Source: a virus | Direction: 5' to 3' (one strand) | Length of the DNA stretch: 36,291 bases | Virus record (IMG/VR): IMGVR_UViG_3300045988_097833 | In this document: piece by piece, positions 23,545-31,473 of the stretch | Layout of the letters: each line of letters starts with the position of its first letter | Position numbering within the stretch: the stretch's first letter is position 1 | Translations under genes and position numbers: made by a program | The notes under the pieces: generated by a model | What the model saw: only the letters and a program-made list of their open reading frames with translations | Databases searched by the model: none | Told to the model about the DNA's origin: nothing

Positions 23545-24328
23545 CGATCAAGCCCTCCTGCGTCAGATACTCGCGGACGAAGCGGCGGTAATCAATGCCG
23601 GTCGCGGACTTGGGCGAGAAGACTGTGATCGGCGACCGGTCGAAGGTTGAGCCGTCGACCTTGCCGCTGCGTCGGATCACACGCTGGAACACCGGCAGGC
23701 CCTGCACACTGCGCAGCTGCTGCTCAGCTGCGTCAACGCCGTCTGCCCGTGTCCGCATGGTGATGAGCGCACCGGCCAGCCGAAGCTTGGGGTTGATGCG
23801 CTGCATGTTTTTGATCTGCGCGAGCAGGTTGTCCATGCCGAGCAGCGCGAAGGCGTCCAGCTTGATTGGGATGATGACCTCATCCGCTGCGCGGAGCGCG
23901 CAGGCCGCGGCCGCGTTGAATGCCGGCGGGCAGTCGAAGATCACAAAATCATACGCCTGATCCTCGCGCAACACGTCAACCAGATCGGGCAGCGACCGCG
24001 CGTGGATCCGCTCCTCGCCGGATGCGGCCAGCAGCTGCGACGCATCGAGCGCCATCAAAGACGCATCTGCCGGGATGACGTCGACGTCCGCGGACATGCC
24101 CGTCCAGGATATGTAGTCGTACACATAGCCTGTCGGATTGGTCAGCAGTTCCGTCAGCGTGCCGCAGCCCTCCTCCGCGCCAACGAACCACGTCAGATTG
24201 CACTGGCTGTCGCAGTCGACCAACAGCACCTTTTTGCCGTGGTCTCGCGCGAGGATCGCGGCCATATTTGCGGCGGTGATCGTCTTTCCGACACCGCCCT
24301 TCAAATTCATGATACAAATTGCTTTCAT
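23537..24328 (-). CDS. parA: ParA/Soj-type partition ATPase
   Basis: 263 aa. Deviant Walker A NLKGGVGKT at the N-terminus, then LLVDCDSQCN. Overlaps parB by 8 nt. Confidence 0.9.
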   Translation of the reverse strand: MKAICIMNLKGGVGKTITAANMAAILARDHGKKVLLVDCDSQCNLTWFVGAEEGCGTLTELLTNPTGYVYDYISWTGMSADVDVIPADASLMALDASQLLAASGEERIHARSLPDLVDVLREDQAYDFVIFDCPPAFNAAAACALRAADEVIIPIKLDAFALLGMDNLLAQIKNMQRINPKLRLAGALITMRTRADGVDAAEQQLRSVQGLPVFQRVIRRSGKVDGSTFDRSPITVFSPKSATGIDYRRFVREYLTQEGLIDG

Positions 24329-24344
24329 GTTGTCCTCCGTTTTT

Positions 24345-25730
24345 TCAAAATGGGATCTCAGAGTCTGGGATATCGATAGGCCCGAACTCGCCCGGCTTCA
24401 TCGACGCCTGCTGGTATCGCGGTCTCTGCGGCTGCGGCAGGGATCCATGCTGCGGCTGACTGGAGCTGCGGCGGAAAGTCTGCGTTTGGCCGTCAAAGTC
24501 CAGCTTGACCCCGATATTGCTCTCGCCTTCCTTGTTTTTTGCCACGCGCAGCAGGCGGCGGCTGTTTGGCGAGTCCTGGTCTTCGCGGTACAGGAGCATG
24601 ACCACATCCGCGTCCTGCTCGATCTGGCCGGATGAGCGCAGCGACGAGAGCGTCGGCGGCGGGATCTTGCCGCTCTTGTTGCGTTCCGGCCGCGACAGCT
24701 GCGAAAGCGCGATGATGGGGATGCCCGTCTGCCTACCGAGTTGCTGCAGGTCGCTGGAGATCTGCGAGACGTTTTCGTAGTCGCTGGCGTAGCGCGTCGA
24801 CCGGACCGGCTTGATCTTCTGCAGGTAGTCGACCACGATCAGGTCAAAATGCCGCGACAGCGCCCAACTGCGAATGTCCTGCACGGTCATGCCGCTGGCC
24901 TCGATCAGTTGGAGCTTCGGCTCGGCGAGCTGCTTTCCAATGGCCGCCATCGTGTCCCAGTCGTTTGCGTTGAGCGCGTTCAGCTTGAGCTTTGCCAGCC
25001 CGATCTGCGCGACGGACGCAACTATGCGGTCATAAAGCTTGTCTTTGTCGGTCTCGTAGCTGAAAAAGCCGACTTTCTTTTTCCCGGCCATGCGAAAGGC
25101 CGTACTGAGGGCAAAGGTGGTCTTGCCGTCCGAGGGATAGCCGCCAATGACGACCATATCGCCCGGCCCTGCATAGATCGCGTCGTCCAGCTCCTGGATG
25201 CCCCAGCGCAGATACTCCTTTTTGACGTCCGGATCGTGCCGGGCGAAGAATTCCTGATACGCTTCGGCCATCGTCGCCGTCCGGACGCCGGGGCGGCTGA
25301 CCATGATCGCGTTGGCCCGGTCAAGCAGCTGCGCGATATCATCCTCAGATTCCGCGCCGAGGATCTCGGACGCGAGATCCTTCAGGCTCATGAGCCGTGC
25401 CCGCTGCTTCAGGATCCGCACATACTCGCCCACATTGGCTGCCGTCGGCGTGACCTGCATCAGCCTGGCCACGAGATCATACATGGTCGGGTTCTGCCCG
25501 CCGCCCGTGACCTCGGCCAGCACCGTGACTGCGTCGATCTTCCGGCTTTCGCTGTACAGGTGCGCGATCGCGTCGAAGATCATGCGGTATGTCGGCTGCG
25601 TGATGTAGTCCGGCCGGACTTCGGCCAGCACAGCGCCGACGCAGCGGCTGTCGATCAGCATGGAGCCGAGGACGGACGCCTGCGCGTCCAGCAGGTTTTG
25701 CTGATCCAGCGCAGATCTGTCTACAGCCAT
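24345..25730 (-). CDS. dnaB: Replicative DNA helicase (DnaB family)
   Basis: 461 aa. N-terminal LLDAQASVLGSMLID, Walker A GGYPSDGKTTFAL, and IVVDYLQ...SQLSR motifs. Confidence 0.9.
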   Translation of the reverse strand: MAVDRSALDQQNLLDAQASVLGSMLIDSRCVGAVLAEVRPDYITQPTYRMIFDAIAHLYSESRKIDAVTVLAEVTGGGQNPTMYDLVARLMQVTPTAANVGEYVRILKQRARLMSLKDLASEILGAESEDDIAQLLDRANAIMVSRPGVRTATMAEAYQEFFARHDPDVKKEYLRWGIQELDDAIYAGPGDMVVIGGYPSDGKTTFALSTAFRMAGKKKVGFFSYETDKDKLYDRIVASVAQIGLAKLKLNALNANDWDTMAAIGKQLAEPKLQLIEASGMTVQDIRSWALSRHFDLIVVDYLQKIKPVRSTRYASDYENVSQISSDLQQLGRQTGIPIIALSQLSRPERNKSGKIPPPTLSSLRSSGQIEQDADVVMLLYREDQDSPNSRRLLRVAKNKEGESNIGVKLDFDGQTQTFRRSSSQPQHGSLPQPQRPRYQQASMKPGEFGPIDIPDSEIPF

Positions 25731-26482
25731 CGCGTACCCTCCGTGCTGACCACGTGCGAGGGTGCAGGCGGGACCGGCTGCCGTTCCTCATCCGTCCAGC
25801 GCTGCTGGTTGAGATACGTCGAGGCATGCGGGATACCAATGCCCTGCCGCCACTCCTCAGACATCATCTGCCGCTTGAGACAGACGGCAATGTGGTCGAT
25901 CAGCTTGTCGTCCGGCTGGAGCTTATCCCAGGCCCGGATTGCGGCCTGTCTCCCCTCTCCGCGGGGATAGAACTTCCAGAAGCCCTCAAAACGTTCCGGC
26001 TTCCAGTCGGCGGTCGCCTTCGGCTCTGTTTTGCGCTTTTTAGGGCGCTGCCCCCCTTGGGGGGCTTTAGGGGGTTTATCTTGTATATTATCTAAATCAT
26101 TATATATACCTCCACTTTTTTGCGGAGGGGGGGTGGACTTTTCGGTGGAGGGGGGTCTCCGCAATTCTGCGGAGGGGGGTGCCGGCAAAGTCTGATAGAT
26201 CCGCCGCATCGTGGCCCCCGTTTTGGGGTCGTTCGACAGCTGGATCACGATGTATCCGGCGTCCGCCAGCGCAGCTACCAGCCGGCTGACAGACTTCGCG
26301 TTCCACTTATGCCCCTCGGCCAGCTCCTGGTTGCTGGCATCGCAGTAGCCCTCCTTGCCGACGAAGTGCATGAGCGTCGTAATCTCGCCATAGAGCAGCT
26401 TCGCGTTCGCGCTCAGCGCGTCGTCATAGAGGACCGGGGCCGGGATATTCGCCCAGTACGCCCGCACCTGTTTTTCTGCCAA
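25721..26482 (-). CDS. Replication initiator / replisome organiser (N-terminal winged-helix, Pro-rich linker, C-terminal FWKFYP...YLNQQRW domain)
   Basis: TTG 26482 lies 8 nt after GGAGG; ATG 26488 and 26521 are alternative starts. Ends at TAG 25721, overlapping the dnaB start. Confidence 0.7.
   Translation of the reverse strand: MAEKQVRAYWANIPAPVLYDDALSANAKLLYGEITTLMHFVGKEGYCDASNQELAEGHKWNAKSVSRLVAALADAGYIVIQLSNDPKTGATMRRIYQTLPAPPSAELRRPPSTEKSTPPPQKSGGIYNDLDNIQDKPPKAPQGGQRPKKRKTEPKATADWKPERFEGFWKFYPRGEGRQAAIRAWDKLQPDDKLIDHIAVCLKRQMMSEEWRQGIGIPHASTYLNQQRWTDEERQPVPPAPSHVVSTEGTRWL
26050..26180. other. Candidate replication origin inside the initiator gene: 16-nt palindrome, AT-rich island and three G-rich iterons
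   Basis: gccccccttggggggc (26050..26065); ttatcttgtatattatctaaatcattatatata (about 26076..26108) in an otherwise GC-rich gene; GGAGGGGGG repeats starting at 26124, 26147 and 26171. Confidence 0.55.
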
Positions 26483-26595
26483 AATCATCACCTCCGCCCC
26501 TTGCATTTTCGGGGAAGTCATGGTAAGATATAGATGCTTTCATGTTGTTCGTTTCGGACGACAGTGACCGTGCAGCTGTTCCAGCAGCTGTGCGG

Positions 26596-26841
26596 TCATT
26601 TTTTTGCTTTCTGGAGCTTATTCTGATAGGCACGTGTCTCCCCGTCCTTCCGGATCGTATAGTTGTTGCAGGCTCGCTTGATGGAGCCAAAATAGCAGCC
26701 CTTTGTAAACTGCTCCGTCTGCTCGTCGTAGATGAACGTCGCGTGGTCGATCTTGCTGCGCGTACCCAGGACGATATACCGGCCCGGTGACACCTTGGAC
26801 TGCAGCAGGATGTCATAACCGTCGAATTTATTGGGAACCAT
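26596..26841 (-). CDS. Hypothetical protein
   Basis: 81-aa ORF of normal composition, co-directional with its neighbours. Confidence 0.55.
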   Translation of the reverse strand: MVPNKFDGYDILLQSKVSPGRYIVLGTRSKIDHATFIYDEQTEQFTKGCYFGSIKRACNNYTIRKDGETRAYQNKLQKAKK

Positions 26842-26850
26842 AAAAATACC

Positions 26851-26943
26851 TCAGATCATACTGTAGTTGGCCAAAACCGGGAGCACGACCGCGATGAACG
26901 CAAGCCCGCCCAGGATCAGCGCATTGTTGAATGCTCGGAACAT
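26851..26943 (-). CDS. Very small membrane peptide (30 aa), not in the ORF track
   Basis: Hand translation gives MFRAFNNALILGGLAFIAVVLPVLANYSMI. ATG lies 6 nt after GGAGGT. Confidence 0.35.
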   Translation of the reverse strand: MFRAFNNALILGGLAFIAVVLPVLANYSMI

Positions 26944-26979
26944 GTCCATACCTCCTTCCTGCGAGATAGGACGGAACGC

Positions 26980-27414
26980 CTATCGCTGGCGGTATGTTAC
27001 AGCCATTGCGTACTTGATGATGTCCTGCAGATCCTCCACGATCCGGTCATACTCCGGCCGCTCCTGCTCGTCGATCACGCCGTCTCTGGCAATGGCGATC
27101 AGACGCCGGTCCGTCTTGTTGTCCGCGAACGCATAGACCGCGTCCAGCAGCTGCAAGACTGCTTCCGGCAAAGCCAGATCTCCGGCGTCCGGGATCAGAC
27201 GCTGCGCAATCTCACTGGTCTGCCGCAGGTGCTGGTAACACAGATACTGCGCGTCGTAGATCTCCGACATACGAACGACAGTGTCAGAATTGGGCACACG
27301 CTCGCCGGATTCATACTCGCGCAAACTGCGCACATTGATCGGGATCTTTGCTGCGGCGGCTTCCTGCGTCAATCCGCGGGATATCCGCGCCGCCCGGTAA
27401 ATATTCTGCTGCAT
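26980..27414 (-). CDS. XRE-family HTH protein with a C-terminal helical domain
   Basis: ATG 27414 lies 5 nt after GGAGG. Sequence MQQNIYRAARISRGLTQEAAAAKI...REYESGERVP. Confidence 0.75.
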   Translation of the reverse strand: MQQNIYRAARISRGLTQEAAAAKIPINVRSLREYESGERVPNSDTVVRMSEIYDAQYLCYQHLRQTSEIAQRLIPDAGDLALPEAVLQLLDAVYAFADNKTDRRLIAIARDGVIDEQERPEYDRIVEDLQDIIKYAMAVTYRQR

Positions 27415-27504
27415 CCATACCTCCATCGGCAGCATTTCCGCCGCCATACACCCGGCACCGGGGCCGCCTCGGCCTTGCCCATGCCGGTCAAACTTGATAC
27501 CATG

Positions 27505-27744
27505 TCACCATGGATATGCGATTGCCTCACGCACATCCTCGATTGGCACCGTCAAACACCGCAAAAGCCGCAGCGTCCTATCCATGTACCGTGTCGGCGA
27601 ATCCATCAGCCGGTACAGCGTCGCCTGGCTGACCATCGCGTAGGTACAGGCCTGCTCGATCGATACATGCTGCGCGGCCATCTCGCCGCGGATCCGCATC
27701 CGGAGCAGATAGTCAGTGTTCCGGTCGACTTTAGCCTTCGCCAT
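27505..27744 (-). CDS. Small HTH-like protein
   Basis: ATG 27744 lies 7 nt after GGAGGG. Sequence ...HVSIEQACTYAMVSQATLYRLM. Confidence 0.55.
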   Translation of the reverse strand: MAKAKVDRNTDYLLRMRIRGEMAAQHVSIEQACTYAMVSQATLYRLMDSPTRYMDRTLRLLRCLTVPIEDVREAIAYPW

Positions 27745-27979
27745 GCGCTTGCCCTCCTGAGCGCCAAACCACGCTGTCGCCATCATTCAAGTACTTGCAA
27801 ATGTCGCGCTTGAATTTCTCGCCGTGGCCGCCCTCGCAAACCGCGCGGTAAATGACATTGATGATATAAGTCGCTGCGATTAGCAAGTCCAAGTAGCTGC
27901 CCTGCACATGAGCAATGCTGTTGGAAATGCCATCAATGCCGATCTCAACATGCAGCTTGCTCTTGTTGTCCTTGCCCAT
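27731..27979 (-). CDS. Hypothetical protein
   Basis: 82-aa ORF with SD GAGAGGAGGA. Confidence 0.55.
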   Translation of the reverse strand: MGKDNKSKLHVEIGIDGISNSIAHVQGSYLDLLIAATYIINVIYRAVCEGGHGEKFKRDICKYLNDGDSVVWRSGGQAHGEG

Positions 27980-28190
27980 CTGGTGTGTCCTCCTCTCTGT
28001 ACAAATCGTCGATCGTGCAGCTCAAAGCATTGGCCAGCAGCGGAAGCAATGCGGCCGCCGGATATCCGTCTCCACGCTCCCACTTGCCCACGGCCTGATA
28101 ACTTACACCCACGCGTGCAGCAAGTTCGTTTTGCGACAGGCCCGCACTCACACGTCTACGCCTTAAACCTCTCGTTGTGCTCACCTCCAT
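27945..28190 (-). CDS. Cro-like XRE HTH, first gene of the early operon
   Basis: MEVSTTRGLRRRRVSAGLSQNELAARVGVSYQAVGKWERG. Lies directly downstream of a consensus promoter and an operator. Confidence 0.8.
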   Translation of the reverse strand: MEVSTTRGLRRRRVSAGLSQNELAARVGVSYQAVGKWERGDGYPAAALLPLLANALSCTIDDLYREEDTPDGQGQQEQAAC

Positions 28191-28193
28191 TCG

Positions 28194-28206
28194 CAACCTT
28201 AGGTTG
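28194..28206. promoter_or_regulatory. Operator O1, 13-bp palindrome CAACCTTAGGTTG
   Basis: Perfect 5+3+5 inverted repeat just downstream of the predicted early transcription start. Confidence 0.7.
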
Positions 28207-28213
28207 TATTTGC

Positions 28214-28242
28214 ATTATAGCGCTACTTTTAGTTGCTGTCAA
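28214..28242 (-). promoter_or_regulatory. Early (lytic) promoter: TTGACA, 17-nt spacer, TATAAT
   Basis: Minus strand reads TTGACAgcaactaaaagtagcgcTATAAT, with the -35 at 28242..28237 and the -10 at 28219..28214. Both hexamers are perfect consensus. Confidence 0.8.
28223..28235. promoter_or_regulatory. Operator O2, imperfect 13-mer CTACTTTTAGTTG inside the early promoter spacer
   Basis: Same length and right half-site (TAGTTG) as O3. The left half has one change. Confidence 0.5.
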
Positions 28243-28253
28243 GAGGTTTTTTA

Positions 28254-28282
28254 TTGCACGCTACAACTATTAGTTGTAATAT
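28254..28282 (+). promoter_or_regulatory. Repressor-side promoter: TTGCAC, 17-nt spacer, TAATAT
   Basis: Plus strand has the -35 at 28254..28259 and the -10 at 28277..28282. The predicted start lies within a few nt of the repressor ORF, so the mRNA may be leaderless or have a very short leader. Confidence 0.65.
28264..28276. promoter_or_regulatory. Operator O3, 13-bp palindrome CAACTATTAGTTG (extends to the 15-mer ACAACTATTAGTTGT)
   Basis: Perfect inverted repeat filling the spacer of the plus-strand promoter. Confidence 0.7.
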
Positions 28283-28299
28283 TTTTATAGGTGATGCTT

Positions 28300-28626
28300 A
28301 TGTTTTGTGATAACCTTCGCGCAGCGCGAAAAAAAGCCGGTTTCAGCCAGCGAGAAATCGCTGAAAAACTATTCGTCTCGGCACAAGCTGTAGGAAAGTG
28401 GGAGCGTGGAGACGCTACCCCTGGCCCGGATGCAATCATGCAGTTGGCGTCGATCCTGAATGTGTCGGCAGACGAGTTGCTGGATGTGCAAATAAAAAGG
28501 GGCCCTGCCGAGCTTCACGCTGACAAGGCCCAAAAGGCGTATGATATTATTCGTTCGCTTCCGGAAGACAGGCAGACTGAGGCTCTGCGGTATCTGGAGT
28601 ATTTAGAGCAGCAAGGTAAGCAATGA
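28300..28626 (+). CDS. CI-like XRE-family repressor
   Basis: MFCDNLRAARKKAGFSQREIAEKLFVSAQAVGKWERG, divergent from the Cro-like gene. ATG 28300 lies 5 nt after AGGTGA; GTG 28291 and ATG 28294 are alternative (leaderless) starts. Confidence 0.8.
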   Translation: MFCDNLRAARKKAGFSQREIAEKLFVSAQAVGKWERGDATPGPDAIMQLASILNVSADELLDVQIKRGPAELHADKAQKAYDIIRSLPEDRQTEALRYLEYLEQQGKQ

Positions 28627-28791
28627 GCCGGTCAAGATTTTCGTCGGATAGTTTATGTAAGCGCTCAAGCAGGTCTTCCATGGCTGTCCGTCCTTTCTTC
28701 CGGTGAGGATGCTTTTATTTTAGAACACTCGTTCGAATTACGCAAGAGAAGAAATTAACAAAAAATTGCTCGATAAAATGGAGGGGTTGAC

Positions 28792-29301
28792 ATGAACCGC
28801 GTCTGGCGCAGGGCGCTGATGGTCGTCGTATGCTGCGCGCTTGCCGTTGCCGGCTGGATCGGCCTGCTGAATCTGGCGGACACGATCTCCTCTGTCCGCT
28901 CCTACAAAGCCTCGCCCGCAGAGCTGCAGGCAGCCGCCGACGCGGCCGTTCTCCCTGCTCCGGATCCCGCGTTTTCCGGCAGCGGAGAATACACCGAGGC
29001 CGAGCAGTCCGAGGCCGCAGCTGCATATTATGGCAGCATCGGCGGCGATCCGCTCGATACCGAGCCGCTGGAACCGATCATCGGCAACTTCGTCTCCTTT
29101 ATCCCCGGCACGCTCCCCGCGGATGTCCCGGAGATCTCCGGCGCATCTGATACGTTTATCGTCAATACGTCAACCGGCGTCTTCCATCGCGCAGGCTGCT
29201 ACCACATCGATCAGATGAGCAGCGCCAACCGCACCACATTCACCGGCCCCCGCGCTGAAGCCGCCGCCCGCTATACGCCGTGTAAGGATTGCAATCCGTA
29301 G
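28792..29301 (+). CDS. Secreted or membrane-anchored protein with a C-terminal Ada-like Cys motif
   Basis: N-terminal hydrophobic segment ALMVVVCCALAVAGWIGLL. C-terminal VFHRAGCYHI...AAARYTPCKDCNP. SD GGAGGGG. Confidence 0.7.
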   Translation: MNRVWRRALMVVVCCALAVAGWIGLLNLADTISSVRSYKASPAELQAAADAAVLPAPDPAFSGSGEYTEAEQSEAAAAYYGSIGGDPLDTEPLEPIIGNFVSFIPGTLPADVPEISGASDTFIVNTSTGVFHRAGCYHIDQMSSANRTTFTGPRAEAAARYTPCKDCNP

Positions 29302-29310
29302 GAGGCTGTT

Positions 29311-29646
29311 ATGGCTAAACGGAAATCCATCATCCCTGGTTTCAGTTGGAACCGAGCACTGGGCATCACATCTGCAAAGCAAAAGATTGCACGTGCAACC
29401 GGCATCCCAACCACGAAGCAGGGCCGAAAGCGCAAGCTGCAAAGCTCTCTGTGGACCGCAATCGCCTTCGGCGCTCTTGCCGCCACGGCATCCAAATCGC
29501 AAGCACCTACGCCGGAGGAAGCAGAGCGGTGCCAGGAAATTCGGAAGAGCGGACGCCGGACTCGCCGCAATATTTTAATTGGTGTCGCTGTTCTCTGCAT
29601 TATCTTTTATATCGTTGTGAATTTGTTCCCCGGCTTGGTTAGCTGA
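29311..29646 (+). CDS. Membrane protein (two hydrophobic segments), lysogeny operon
   Basis: 111 aa with SD GTAGGAGG. Hydrophobic segments LWTAIAFGALAATA and ILIGVAVLCIIFYIVVNLF. Confidence 0.65.
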   Translation: MAKRKSIIPGFSWNRALGITSAKQKIARATGIPTTKQGRKRKLQSSLWTAIAFGALAATASKSQAPTPEEAERCQEIRKSGRRTRRNILIGVAVLCIIFYIVVNLFPGLVS

Positions 29647-29662
29647 CCTTTTGTTTGGGGTT

Positions 29663-29700
29663 GCCCGTGCCGGTTGCCGAACACCGGCGCGGGCTTTTTA
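29663..29700 (+). terminator. Intrinsic terminator ending the repressor operon
   Basis: GCCCGTGCCGGT...ACCGGCGCGGGC 12-bp stem (one G-U pair) with an 8-nt loop, then TTTTTA. Confidence 0.8.
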
Positions 29701-29834
29701 TCTGCGCAGGCGACTGGGAGCCGTCTGTACTTAAATCATGTCAAATATAGGATGGTTTTGTAAAGCACTCAGGATGGGTTTTACTCAGAAATCCGCTACC
29801 ATAAGCGTAGCTTTTACATACGGAGGGATGGTTT

Positions 29835-30278
29835 TTGTCGGAAAATTTGTGGGAAACGTGCCGGGAGGCCAAGGCAACAATGCAGCCGCGAAAGACGAAT
29901 CAGGATATCGCGGACGAATCCGGGCTGTCCATCAATACTGTCGGGCAGTTTTTGCGCGGTGAAACAAAAAGCCCGTCCGTCGATACGGTCGGGCCGATCT
30001 GCGCGGCGCTCGGCGTATCGATGGATGAGCATTTTGGTGTGGAGTCCCCAGCTGAGGACGATACAGCCGAGGTCGAAAACCTGCGGCTCCAGCTGGCGAA
30101 CGCAGAGAATCTGAATAAGATCTATGAAAAAGAACTCAAGCGCAAAAATGTGCAGAATTGGGTGTTGGCAGCCATCGTGCTGATCGCGCTGCTGGCCCTG
30201 CTGGTTGACCTCTGCAACCCGAACGTCGGCTGGATCCGAGCAGCCTTTACGTCGCATATGGAGGTGTGGCCCATTTGA
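29835..30278 (+). CDS. Membrane-anchored XRE-type HTH protein (HTH, coiled coil, C-terminal TM)
   Basis: TTG start 8 nt after GGAGGG. Sequence ...NQDIADESGLSINTVGQFLRGETKSP..., coiled coil ENLRLQLANAENLNKIYEKELKRK, TM WVLAAIVLIALLALLVDL. Overlaps the integrase start. Confidence 0.65.
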   Translation: MSENLWETCREAKATMQPRKTNQDIADESGLSINTVGQFLRGETKSPSVDTVGPICAALGVSMDEHFGVESPAEDDTAEVENLRLQLANAENLNKIYEKELKRKNVQNWVLAAIVLIALLALLVDLCNPNVGWIRAAFTSHMEVWPI

Positions 30279-31312
30279 AAACGCCAAAGCCTCGCCGGCT
30301 GAAATCCGGCAGCTACTTTATTCAGATGCGCCTCGGCGGTGAAAGCATCTCCATCACAAGGCCTTCGGCGCGCGAGTGTACGCAGGCCGCCATGGAGATC
30401 AAGGCCGCCCATCTGGCCGGCCGGAAGCTTGTATCGAAGTCTGAAATGACCGTCGGCCAGCTCGTGGACGCATACATCAAGAGCCGCCCGGTAAAGACCT
30501 CCCCTGCCACTTTGCGCGGATACAAGACCTACCGCAAAAATCGCTTCTCCTCGATCATGGACAAGCGGCCGCAGCAGATCAAGGACTGGCAGGCCGTCGT
30601 CGACGAGGAAGCGCAGCTCGTCAGCGCCAAGACGCTCAAAAATGCCTGGGGCCTGGTGACTGCTTCGCTGCGGCGTGCAAAGCTCGCCGTGCCGGAGGAC
30701 GTCGTGATCCCGCAGATTATCAAGAAGCCGATCCCCTTCCTGCGCTACAACGAGATCCTGCCGCTGCTCAAAGTGGTCAAAGGCCGCCCTGAAGAGCTTG
30801 CTGTCCTGCTTGGGCTGCACTCGCTCCGACTGTCTGAAATGTTCGCCATACGGCCGCAGGATATCGACCTGCGAACCAGAATGATCCACGTTTCCGGCGC
30901 AGTCGTTCGCGGGCCAGATGGCTGGGTCCACAAGGCCGAAAACAAAAACGAGGGGAGCCAGCGCAATGTCCCGATCATGGTTGACCGACTTGTCGAGCTG
31001 TCCGAAGGCCTGGCCGGCGAAACTGCAGTCAAAGTAAAGTCCTCCTACTTTTTAGAGCACCTGCATATGGACTGCGTGGAGGCCGGTGTGACAGATGTCA
31101 CGATCCATGGCCTGCGGCATTCCTTCGCGTCTCTCTGCCACCATGCAGGCATCAGCGAGCTGCAGTGCATGAAATGGGGTGGATGGTCTGACCAGCAGAC
31201 GATGCACAAGATCTACATGCACATTGCAGAGGCAGATGAGACTGATGACTTAAAGAAAATGCGCAGCCTGTTCCGCGAGGAAGAGACTGCACAGGAGGAT
31301 TTAGCCCGTTAG
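30266..31312 (+). CDS. int: Tyrosine recombinase (phage integrase)
   Basis: 348 aa with LLGLHSLRLSE (Arg I), HGLRHSFAS (H-x-x-R) and QTMHKIYMH (catalytic Tyr). Start is GTG 30266 or TTG 30275. Confidence 0.9.
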   Translation: MAHLKTPKPRRLKSGSYFIQMRLGGESISITRPSARECTQAAMEIKAAHLAGRKLVSKSEMTVGQLVDAYIKSRPVKTSPATLRGYKTYRKNRFSSIMDKRPQQIKDWQAVVDEEAQLVSAKTLKNAWGLVTASLRRAKLAVPEDVVIPQIIKKPIPFLRYNEILPLLKVVKGRPEELAVLLGLHSLRLSEMFAIRPQDIDLRTRMIHVSGAVVRGPDGWVHKAENKNEGSQRNVPIMVDRLVELSEGLAGETAVKVKSSYFLEHLHMDCVEAGVTDVTIHGLRHSFASLCHHAGISELQCMKWGGWSDQQTMHKIYMHIAEADETDDLKKMRSLFREEETAQEDLAR

Positions 31313-31435
31313 CAACTGTATTAGCGAAAAGATTTATAGTTTTTAATAAGGTCTTATTTTTCGCGATAAAATGTTCTCAAACCAATCTTGACATTATCTG
31401 ATAAAATCTACGGAAAGTACTAAGAAGCAAAGAAA

Positions 31436-31473
31436 AACCCGTAGTTTATACAACTACGGGTTCTTCTTTGTTT
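31436..31473. terminator. Bidirectional intrinsic terminator (11-bp stem AACCCGTAGTT/AACTACGGGTT)
   Basis: T-rich tails on both strands: cttctttgttt on plus and TTTTTCTTTGCTTC on minus. Confidence 0.8.

Noticed and set aside
28547-28681. A 44-aa minus-strand ORF (MEDLLERLHKLSDENLDRLIAYLAALNTPD...) convergent with the 3' end of the repressor gene and overlapping it by 80 nt
   Set aside because: The peptide looks helical and plausible. However, most of it is antisense to a well-supported gene, the SD is weak (AAAGGA, 9 nt away), and I cannot test conservation. It is left unannotated.
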